From Macrostomum lignano (taxonomy: Eukaryota), in the NCBI GenBank assembly GCA_002269645.1, contig NIVC01001159.1, positions 175,414 through 239,413 of the forward strand: a stretch of DNA of 64,000 nt, given 5' to 3'. Below the pieces are notes generated by a model. The model was not told the DNA's origin. It did no database searches and saw only the letters and a program-made list of their open reading frames with translations. The position numbers and the translations under genes are program-made. Shown piece after piece: positions 37,886-49,100 of this stretch. Position 1 is the first letter of the stretch; each line of letters begins with the position of its first letter.

Positions 37886-39099
37886 TCCTATATACTAAAA
37901 ATGAGTTGTCTGTAGCTATGCGATAGATTTCAGAAGAATTGGCTCAACCGATTTTCTTCAAACTTGCACCATTCGATCAGAAATTTTCCTGGGACGGTAC
38001 ATGCATCTTGGCTAAGAAATTGCTCAATATTAAAGGGATTAAATATTCGAAAAACATGCTTTTTTGCAAAGGTCAAGCAGCTCTTTCTACCTGAAATGCA
38101 TTGTAAGAATGCTAGAGAAAAAACTGACTGACTGAATTCCAATTGTGATAAGGATTACATCACAACCAGTTGAAAACAGTGCCGAACAAATGCACACAAA
38201 ACTTGATTTAAATTGCGTAACAATATTGCTAACTTAAATTGACACTGATACTGGCTGACTGAGAAATTGATTATGTCATAACTTTTTACTCTAACCGATT
38301 TGCTATAAGAATTTAATTATTCTTGTTCAATCTTGTTCTTGTTCTAGAACAATTCATGTTCTCCAATTGACAAGAGATAGCATAGATGCGAACAGACTGG
38401 ACTGCTAATGCAGCGACCTGGGTTCGAATCTTAGTAGTGCAAAGATTTTTTTATTCAAAAACCTTAGAAACACAAAATGCTAAACACAAAAAAGCACAAT
38501 TTCAAACATTAAAGAGCCACCATGTCGAACATATATGTGACTCCATGTCTAACATTAAAAAGCCACCATGTCAAACGTAAAAGAGCCACCATGCCAAACA
38601 TAAAAGATACACAATTTCAAATGTAAAAGTAAGCGTCATGCCAATTTTAAAGGAGCCACTATAGAGCTAAGGAAATTGTTGCACTAGCTACTTATTGTCT
38701 GGTGGATGCTTACTATTTGGGGATGCTTGCTATCTGGGAGGGGGATGCTTCCTATCTGGGGGATGCTTGCTATCGGGGGGATGCTTGCTATCTGGGGGAT
38801 GCTTGCTATCTGGGGGATGCTTGCTATTTGGGGGATGCTTGCTATTTGGGGGATGCTTGCTATCTGGGGGATGCTTGCTATCTGGGGGATGCTTGCTATC
38901 TGGGGGATGCTTGCTATCTGGGGGATGCTTGCAATCTGCGGGATGCTTGCTGTCTTGGGATGATTTCTTTTTGCATTACACTTTATTTGAGCAGTTTATC
39001 TGTTGTCTTTGTGAAGGCTTTATTTGGCTGTCTTTTTGTTACTTGTAGAGAACAGAGATTCTATCCAGATGTCCCCCAACGGGGGGCGAAGATTGCTAG
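37886..39099 (+). mobile_element. Non-autonomous Helitron-like element, copy 2 (1.21 kb), head-to-tail with copy 1
   Basis: Begins tcctatatactaaaaatgag immediately after the CTAG of copy 1; ends tcccccaacggggggcgaagattgctag, followed by T. Confidence 0.75.
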
Positions 39100-39161
39100 T
39101 CAATTTCTAGAATTCTAATTTTGAGATCGGTCTTACAATCATTCTTCGGATTGATCTCAAG

Positions 39162-40790
39162 CTATGCGATCTCTAGACATGCGATCTCTAGATATGCGAT
39201 CACTAGACATGCAATCTTTAGATGTGCGATCTCTAGACATGTTGATCTCTAGATAGGCGATCTCTGGATACGTGATTTCTAGATGGACGATCTCTACGAG
39301 GGGTGCTTATTAAGTTCCCGGAAAATGTAGCTTAAAAATGTGCAAATCAAACGAAACCTAACCAGCAGTTAGAATTGGATGTTCTACGTTTGCTTGTAAA
39401 ATTCAAGCTCAATCGGTCGCAATGATGCGCCGCAGTGGCCAAAGTTTGACTGAAAACATGCGTCCTGCCACAGCTGACTGAACGCGACAGGCGAGTGGCG
39501 ATACAGGTCCAGTTTCGGCTGGGCAGCTCTGCGGCTGCTGCCTCCAGACGCTGCGTGAGGCTCTTCAGGATCAAGCGCCATCCCAGTCGATGGTGTATGA
39601 GTGGTTTGCGCGCTTCCGCTGCGGCTCGGCCACTCTGGACGACGATCCTCGCAAGGGGCGGCCGGAGTTGTTGCTCGGCAGCAGACGGAGTTTTTGCTGC
39701 TGTTCGACGACACGTGGACGAAGATTGGCGAGTAACGATTCGCTGGTTGGAGCAGCTCGTCGGGGTGTCGGATTCCACCATCATTATGATCCTGCACCAG
39801 CACCTCGACATGAGGAAGCTGTCCGTTCGCTGGGTGCTCCACCAGCTCAGCGCTGACCAGATGCGAGCCCGAGTTGAGTTTGCCGACCTCATGGTCGCCA
39901 GGTTTGACGGAGGTCGCTCAAAGTTGGTGAATAACATCCTCACTGGCGACGAAACCTGGGTCTATTTCTACGACCCAGAGACCAAGAGCAGAATCGGCAG
40001 TGGCTCACCAACGAGGAAGATGCTCCTCTTAAATTTCGTCGCGAGCGCAGCGTCGGCAAAGTGATGGTGGCCATTTTCTTCCGACGCAGGGTTTCCTGCC
40101 TCCAGTGGTGCTGCAGCAAGGCGCCACAGCACCGTCTGCTTGCCTCAGGTTCTGCAGGCGCTCGCACAGCAGCGGCCGAAGACACTCGACAAAGGCATGT
40201 TCCTTCATCAGGACAACGCTCCCGTGCACCGAGTAGGAGTGACCCAGGAGTTTTTTTCAGGCGACCCAGCTCGTTCAGCTGCCGCATCCGGCATATTCGC
40301 CGGACCTGGCGCCTGCTGACTTCTTCCCCTTTCCCTGGTTGAAGAAAAATCTGAAGGGGAAACGCTTAGACTCGAGGGAGGAGCTGGTTGTTGCGCTGCA
40401 AGCTGAGCTGGACAGCTTCACTTAAGCTAATCTCAGGGGGGTGCTTCGACTCATGGTTCCAGCGCCTGAAGAAGTGCTCCGATTTGGGTGGAAGTTATGC
40501 TGAGAAGTGATAATAGACTGCGGTTGTTGCAGGTAAAATTTTGCGCAGATGCAGTCATCAGTACTGAACTTTTCCAGTAACTTAATAAGCATCCCTCGTA
40601 GATATGCGATCTCTAGACAAGCGATCTCTAGACAAGCGATCTCTAGATATGCAATCTCCAGATATATGATCTTTTGCTATGCGATCTCTAGAAATGTGAT
40701 CTCTAGATAGCGATCTGTAGATAGGCGATTTCTAGATATGCAATCTCTAGATAGGCGATCTCTAGATAGGCGAACTCTAGATAGGCGAAA
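39162..40790. repeat. 15-bp minisatellite (gcgatctctagatat) split by the mariner insertion (39162..39296 and 40599..40790)
   Basis: gcgatc at 39181 and 39196; the array resumes after 40598. Confidence 0.85.
39297..40598 (+). mobile_element. Mariner (DD34D) DNA transposon, 1,302 bp, defective transposase
   Basis: Imperfect 29-bp TIRs cgaggggtgcttattaagttcccggaaaa / cgagggatgcttattaagttactggaaaa; TA at 39295-96 and 40599-600; motifs WVLHQL, TGDETWVYFYDPETK, HQDNAPVH, HPAYSPDLAPAD split across frames; 34-residue spacing after removing one extra T at ~40251. Confidence 0.93.
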
Positions 40791-40984
40791 TCTATATGGA
40801 TCTGTAGCTATCTCTAAAGATTCAACTAGTGACAAATCAGGAAACGTTGTCCTGACCTTAAAGGCTCATTCACACGGCTATCAGCTGAGGCCAATTTTTT
40901 ATAAAATATTTTTATTAAATATTTTTACCGCTTTGTAGTTATCAAAGTGATTTGATGGCGGTGCTTTCGAGCCTATATCCTGAA

Positions 40985-41340
40985 CTTCCCTACCCCTTCT
41001 CTCTTCCCTACCCCTTCTCTAAGCTTTTCTCTTTCTCTTCTATATCCTCCTTTCCTTCCCTTTTGCCCCTCTTTAATCATTCACCCGTCTCAACTTTCCT
41101 CTCATTTCCTCTCACCCTTTCTCTCACCCTTTCCCTCACCCTTCCTCTCCCGTTTCTTCTCACCCTTTCTCTCACCCTTTCCCTCACCCTTCCTCTCACA
41201 TTTTCTCTCACCCTTCCTCTCATTTCCTCTCATCCTTCCTCTCACATTTTCTGTCACCCTTCCTCTCATCCTCTTACATTTTCTCTCACCCTTCCTCTCA
41301 CCTTTTCTCTCACCTTTTCTCTCACCCTTGCTTTCACCTG
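40985..41340. repeat. CT-rich low-complexity / 12-bp repeat (ctcacccttcct)
   Basis: Direct reading. Confidence 0.8.
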
Positions 41341-43113
41341 TCATTTCCATTTGCTTGTAGCCCTCTCAAGTCATCTACCCCTAGCCGCCCACTCTTCCCC
41401 CTTCCCCAACGGCTTTCTTCAACTGCAGCACTGATCCGGTATCGACTGGCTGAAAAGAGCCAGAGGGGGTCTGCGCGACAAGTGGGGAGAGGGCCACAGA
41501 CCAGACCAGACCGGTTTGGTATTTGGCCAGCGAAGAGACTGAGTTGTGCAAGAGCTCATTTGATCCTCGGCGGCAGTTGAGCAGCTGATCTGCTACCAGA
41601 TACCCCACTCCACCCTCCAACCCAACTCTGCTTCACAGCTTATTTATGGCCCTTGTCATTTTCTGTCAGCCATGGCTAGCGCTGACATAGCGCTGGTAAG
41701 CAGATATTGACAAAACATTTCTTTACTAAAGAAACGCTGCTATCCTACAGAATCGTTAGGTAAATTATTTTTCCATTCCAATTCAAATTGCTTTCTACTT
41801 GCAGAGTCTAGTAGAGTCTAGAAAAAAGTTCAACATGCACTGGTAGCTAAATTGTTTGTTACGATCGCATAGTTCAAGGGCCACATCACCTCGATACAAT
41901 GATAGATAAGAGCTAGATAGACGCAGTGTAGCAAAATTGAATTCGTCTTAAGTGTCAGGAAGTCGAGTCACGAAAGAGTCACGAAGACATGTCTATGTTA
42001 AAAAGGCTTCGACCAGCGCGGGGCTATGGTGCGTCAGGGACTTCTGCGATATAAGTTTACCATATCGTGATGATTGAATGACTGAGTGATGACTGGTTGA
42101 CGACTGAATGCTTGTGAGACTAGCTGAGCATGTCCAGCAGTTGAGGCTTGCCCACTGTCGAGGCTTGATCGGCGAAACTATAGAAATTCGCATCAGGGTG
42201 CTCATAGTCACCTGGTGTAATCTGTCGAAGGTACCGACGGCGTCGGGGCGATGACGGAATGCTCAAGAGACTAGCTGAGCATGTCCAGCAGTTGAGGCCT
42301 GCCCATTATTGAAGCTTGATCGACGAAACTAGAGAATTTTGCAACAGCGTGTCCATAGTCACCTGGTGCCCCCTATTGAATGTCCAGAAGCTCCGCCTGG
42401 GCGAAGGCCAGTGACCAACGAAGTCAGAGCTGATGCAGACACATGTGGTCGACGTGTTGATGAAATTTGGAGGCTTGGCAAGGCTGCACTGAGGCACACT
42501 GCTGATTTATGCACAGGGGTGTACTTGATACACTAGCGCTTTAGGAAAAAAACGAATATCTCGACGGTCCGGAGGGCTGGCGACTGGATTCTTATTTGAG
42601 AAGGTGCGCAACAAAAAGTCAGCCCGTGTTCTTGAATTTCGTGTGCCTGCGTTGCTCCGTTCCGGAGCAGCAAAGAACTGTCAGGAAGGGAATTCCCCCC
42701 ACCCCTCTTGTAGTTCGACGGGCGGAAAAATGGCTTGGTATTCCTGCTGTTAAGTGGCAAAAACCATAAAACATCCTAAATGTTAATGCTCATGTATAAA
42801 GTCTAGAAGCCTGCTTTTGTCAGACAAATAATCAAAAATAAAAAAACTCAAAGGACTCAACATTGAATTTATACCATCTCGTTTCTTGCCATTTTTTATT
42901 TTATACTCGTAGCTCGTAAATAATTAAGTTAAGTTAAGTTTTTTATGCCAGCAGGATCACTTTGTCAGTAGCAGCTATTGTAATAGCTGGCTTTAACCAA
43001 TCCTTTAGGAGAGGAAAACACCGCAAGCCATTCAGATTCCATGTCCGTTCCAGTCAGTTCCGTTTAATGCCAATTTTAATTGAGTTTGATTGCGTCACCA
43101 GCGAAGCCGAGCT

Positions 43114-46100
43114 CTACTTATAGTAATAAGGATGCTCCTCCGTCGACGTAGAAGTGCTTGACGAGACTAAAAAAGTGAAGAGTTTGCTAAATAGTTGGAA
43201 TTCTGTCCATATTCCACTTTAAAACCGCAACTGCCTGCAACAGATTACACCTTTACTTTAAATTGGAATCTTTGAACTGAGTCCCTTGAACATGTTAAAC
43301 CTTAAAATAGAAACCACTGAGCTTTATAGAGAATAAAATACTCACTTGGGTTGCCATTCTCGTCATAATAGGTGATGGTGGTGATGGTGTGCACGATAGT
43401 TTTCGGCATATAGTTGTAGACGATGGTTTGCAGCTCTGGAAAAGCGCATATTAGATCATTTAGTCGAACACAGATTCTTTGCCTCATTTATATTTAGACA
43501 CGCTAAAAGCCCGATGACAGAGCGTCACGCGAATTACTCACCGCCAATCGAAGTGCTGAAGATGGTGTTGGCCCAGTCGCCGCCGCACATAACTCCAGAC
43601 TGGCCACCGCAGGCCTTGTTGCATTTGTCCGAGCTGAGAGAGCCGTACCTGCCGAACTGGTTGCCGCACCAGCACTCGATTGAGTTCTGCAGGCCGGCGA
43701 ACGCGAATCCCTTCTTCTCGCACATCATCACGCAGGTCTTCACCGTCATGTCGCCGGCGCTGGCAGCCTTGACTGGTAGATCGCGATTCGCGGCGTCCTT
43801 GTAGCAGCCGAAGCTCAGCGGCAGCAGATCTGGTTGGTTGAAAGGTGAATTTGGTCTTTGTTAGCCAGTATGCTATAGATGAGTACTTAGGGCGCTAGTT
43901 CGAATTCTAGTGAACCCAGCGAGGAGGCAAGAAGTTCTGATCGTTCCGCTGACCGCTCAGCACGCCCTTCACAAGGATACGTATGCAGGCATGCACTCAA
44001 AAGGATCAGGAGGGTTAAATTTGCTTTGGCTCGTCAGGCAATTTCACTCACTGTGCCAATTACTACGAGCTAACAAAAAAAGCACATGCTCAGGTGAACC
44101 TGGAGTATGGTATGCATCATTATTGTATGGATGCATGTGTTATCACTCCAGAGATTTGGCGAAAATGAAGTTTACTAACCTGTGTAAGTGATGATGCTCC
44201 ACATGTACTCAATTGATGTCTCATTTCCTGAGCTTCTGCTCCCAATCGAAGTGATGTTGCCGCCGATGATCTCATCTTTGTCGCCGCTTATTGTTGTCGA
44301 AGTACTAATTCCCTGGCTGATTATGACCGACTCTGGAAAGGTAATACATTTTTGAGCAGGCATCAGTGGAGGTGTAGACTGACTAAAGCAGACTTAAGCT
44401 TCGGAGGCTAAAACGAAGCCTCACCAGAGTGAAGTCCTGTGGCATAAATATTTTGCGCGAAAGAACCGCCGCAGGTCTGCGCCTTGTTGCCGCTGCACTT
44501 CATGTTGCAGTCGTCGGTGTTGGAGCTCTTGCCGTAGGCGCCGTATTTGTTACCGCATCGACACTCGTCGCCGTTCTGGACGCCAAAGTAAAGGAAGCCG
44601 TAGAGTCGGCAAGTCTTCCAGCACCTGTTCACGTTCACCTTAGCTCCCTTGAGCGCCCAGAATGGCAGGTCGCGCTTTGTCTGGTCGACGTAGCAGCCGA
44701 GGCTTTGGATGTTGACTGAAAGTAACACATTGGTTTTATGAACTCTTTTGGGAATTCGATAGGGTATCAGACAGAGTCGGAACTAGTAGACTCTTCAGTC
44801 AACTCACCAGCAACTGAGGTGTCAAAGATGAGGTTGTAACCGGCGCCGCCGCACATCTGCTTGTTGTTTCCTGAGCAAGCCTTTGTGCAAACGGTGGAGT
44901 CACCCTTGCCGTAGCGTCCGTAGCTGTCGCCGCAATAGCAGGCGTTGCCACCCTGAAGACCGGCGTATTTGTAGCCAAGCTCGGAGCACTTGTTGATGCA
45001 TAAGTTCACCGTCATCAGGCCGGTCTCCACCAAATCGGGCAGGTCGCGATCGGTAGAGTCTTTGTAGCAGCCAATGGCTGTTCTGGAGGTCGCTGAATAC
45101 GATTTGGATTTAAAAAATAATGAGTAACTCTTTTGCAATATCACTGAACTATGGGTTTCTATTCATGCCTTATCAGCTTACCCTTAGAGCAATGCAAGAC
45201 TACGCCATTTCCTCTTACCCTTGAAGTTGGTCCTGTAGACGTTGTTACGCCATGCGCCGCCGCAGATCTGAGCCTTGTTGCCGCGGCACTTCATGTTGCA
45301 CTGCGTCTCATCGGCTCTGCCGTACAGATTGTAACGGTTGCCGCAGAAGCACTGCGCGGAGTTCTGCACACCGGCATAGTAGTAGCCCAAATCCTGGCAG
45401 TGCTTGAAGCAAAGGTTTACGCTGATCGCGCCGCTAATGGCCAGCCTAGTCAGGTCCCTGGCTGGCTTATCCACGAAGCAGCCCTTAGAGGTGAGCCTCC
45501 CTGTAAGTGTGGGTTTTGGAAGAACTTGCAAAATAATAGCTCTTTAACAGAAAAGCGAAAAGCTGTTCTTACAAGCCACAGAAGTTGTGTAAACTGTGAT
45601 GCTGGACTTTCCGCCGCAGATCTGCTGCGCATTGCCACGGCAGCGAAGGTTGCACTCGGTGGACGCTCCGTGCTTGCCGTAGCTGTCGCCGCAAAAGCAC
45701 TGGACGCCAGCCTGCAGTGCGGCGTACTTGTAGAATCTGTCGGCGCACATCTTTGCGCACATCTGGATAGTCACTGAGCCCGTGAATACGAGATCCGACA
45801 GGTCCCTGTCATTGTCATTGTTGTTGTAGCAACCGACCTCCGTCACACCTAAAATTGAAGAAATTGTTGAAATAGTCGGCGCAGAGGGCCCACATCTTTC
45901 TTCGACTTTTCTTAATTCTATTTTATCCCGAATAAATTAATGACTGTAAATAAATAAATACAAGTGAATGAAGATTAAAAATGAACTCACCTGAGTCCGG
46001 AGCCGTTTCCTCTTCGATGGATATTTCTGCAATTATAGGCAGGTGTTGAATTAAGAAAGTCTAACCTTTTTACAGGTGTACGTAATAGCAGTGATAGGAA

Positions 46101-49100
46101 CTACTTCTAAAACAATAACAATCACAACAACAAAACAAAAAAAAAAAACAAAACAGCGTCACAGGGCGCGCAGCAAAACTTTGCTCGAATTTCGTTGCGC
46201 ATGCGCTCGCACTTACCATTGTCCCCTCCACCCTCGATAACTTCGGGAGCTTTCGTTGTCGGGGCCTCTGTGGACGGCACCTCTGGCGCCTGTGTGACAG
46301 GAGCTTCTGTGGGGGCTTCTGTCACAGGGGCTTGCGTCGTCGGGGCTTCTGTCACAGGGGCTTGCGTCGTTGGGGCTTCTGTAGTTGGCACCTCCTCCTT
46401 GATGTATTCAGTCTCATCATCTAAGCAGAAAATTTATTCAGTTCTTCAGTGTTCAGTTCTCCAAAACATACAGAAAAGAGAATTGTGTTCAGACGATAAA
46501 CCACTCACTGCTTCCAATGCCCGTGGCGTAGATGTTATTCAGCCAGGCGTCTCCGCAAGTTTGCTCTTTGTTGCCCTGACAAGGCTTCTGACAGCGCACA
46601 TCCTCAACCTGGCCGTACCTGTTGTACGTGTCTCCACAAAAGCAATGGTTGCTGTTCTGCACTCCGAAGTACTTGTAGCCGTAGCGCCAGCAGGCCTGGC
46701 GACAGTTGTTGAGGGTGATGCCAGGAACGGCAGATCTCTCACCGATTTGTCGTTAAAGCAGCCAAAGCTCTTAAATACGACTGCAGATTAGGGATGTTTC
46801 ATTACCAAACGTTAATTTTATACTTTTTATGGTTAACGAAGAAAATTTCCAAGCTTTGCTGTAGAGGAAACATAAAATTATCCGAAGCTCACACTCTGGT
46901 TTTCCGCTCTCGTAAATATGGTTGTACAGAGCGCCGCCGCATATCTGATCTTTGTGTCCCGTGCACTTGAGATTGCAGTAACTCTCTGCGACCTTGCCGT
47001 AACGTCCATAGCTGTTGCCGCACCAGCACTGGTTGCTGTACTGCACACCCGCGTACTTGTAGCCCAGCTCGCGACACAGCTTTCTGCATCGGTTGATGCT
47101 CATCTTACCAACCATAGGTCTTTCGGTCAAATCGCGCACGGCCTGATCCTTGTAGCAGCCGAGTGTCGAGGGGACCGAGACTGTGGTATTTAAAAAGAGG
47201 ACAGTACTTTATGCTTGATCAAATTTGAAGCTACTTTAAGCAAAAAACTTTAAACTTATATCAAAGTGATGTTTAGAGCAGTTGAAACGGCGCAAGTAAG
47301 GAACTCACTGTCAGCATGCGTCGCGTAGACGCTGTTACGCCATCCTCCGCCGCAAATCTGTCGCCTGTTACCCGAGCACCGGGAGTGGCAATCCGAGTCC
47401 GTAGCCTTGCCGTACCGACCATATTTGTCACCGCAGAAGCAATAGGAGGCGGCCTGAGTTCCTGCATATTTGAAGCCGAGGTCTCGGCAGGTCTTCACAC
47501 AGGAGTTGATGCTGACAGTTGAGCCCGAGAAAGACAGAATAGGGAGATCCCGATCGCCCTTGTCAACATAGCATCCAAGTGGCGTCAGTTTGGCTTCTGC
47601 AGTAGAGTTTAGAAAACTTCACTTTAATTTACAGGTAAACCTGCTGATATCTATACATATTGACAAAAGGCAATTTTTTTATTACGACAAGTTACCAAAG
47701 ACCTAAACATCCCAAACAAAGAGCCAAACAGGCAGGGGCTGTGTGCACCCGGGCGAAACTTAAGCGACATTGACATACAAGCGGTGATAGGCATTACTGC
47801 CCATTCCGCCGAATCCCCTAAGCAGGTAAACAAAAGCGCTTAGCGCAGGCACATACTCACTCAGGAGTGCACAGCGGACCTAACTTTATTTATCGTTAGG
47901 CATGTACACTTCACTATGCTTTGGGATTTGGCCCCTAAGGGCGTTAATTGCAAGAGCAGACCAGGCTGAAAATCCAATTAGCCTCAAATGAATGTGAGTG
48001 CACTTGGACTCGAGCCTGGGCCGGTGGCACTTTAAGAGCGCCGCGCTGGACCACTAGGCTACTGACCCGTCAACAGCATTATTATCAAGTGCAAAGTTTT
48101 AAGCACTACGCACCCTCCACGGTGATGCCTGACGCATAGAGATTGTTGTACCAGCCGCCGCCGCACATCTGGTTTTTGTTAGCCGAGCACTTTATACTGC
48201 AGCTGCCCTCGGCGCCCTGGCCGTACTTGCCGAAGTGGTTGCCGCAGAAGCAGCTGGTGGACTGCAGACCAAAGTACCGATAGCGGAGCCCTCGGCAGAC
48301 CCAGCGGCAGTAGTGAACATCAACAGTGCCGAGGAATCCTCGCTGCGGCAAGTCGCGCTCTCCAGCGTCTTTGAAGCAGCCAAAATACCTCATTCTGCGG
48401 AGACGCACAGTGCAAAGCAAGCGTTTAAAAATTATGTTGATTTAGAAAAATGGTGCAATTTAAGCGTAAACATCATTTAACTCACTCATTTCGCTGATAT
48501 CCAACAGTTTGCCTGAAATTATAGGTAAATAGCATTGTTAAATATTACAGAGGTCGACGCCTTTTTATATGCAACATTGAACAGTACGAAAAGCTAATCC
48601 CACCTTTGCGGTCCGAGTTGACCGACTGTTCCAGCGATCGCTCTAAAATGAGAGTGCTCATCATGAAATTTGCATTATAAATTGACAGAATAGTTAGGAA
48701 ATTTAACGAATTTCCGTAAATCGCTTACCAAGATGATTGCTTCCTTCCTGGGCCGAATGATCTGAAAAATATGTTGAAGATACAAATGGAAGCTTTCTGA
48801 CTTAAAGCTAGCTCTTGACGAGCTAATTATAATCTTATACAGACCATGGATGATTGTTTGCTATAAGACATATTTCAAATAATAGTGCGCATCCAAGTAG
48901 TTTCAGATGAGTCTGCATACCCGAGGCGGTGCCCATGTCTGAAATTAAAAATCGAATAGAATTCATTCTTAGGATTGCAAAAGTACTTTAAGGATTCCGA
49001 ATTCTATCAGGCGTACATCAATTACTTACGAGCTTTAACATTCGTGCGGTAGATGCTGTTGAAGTAATAGCCTCCACACTTTTGATCTTTGTCGCCGACG

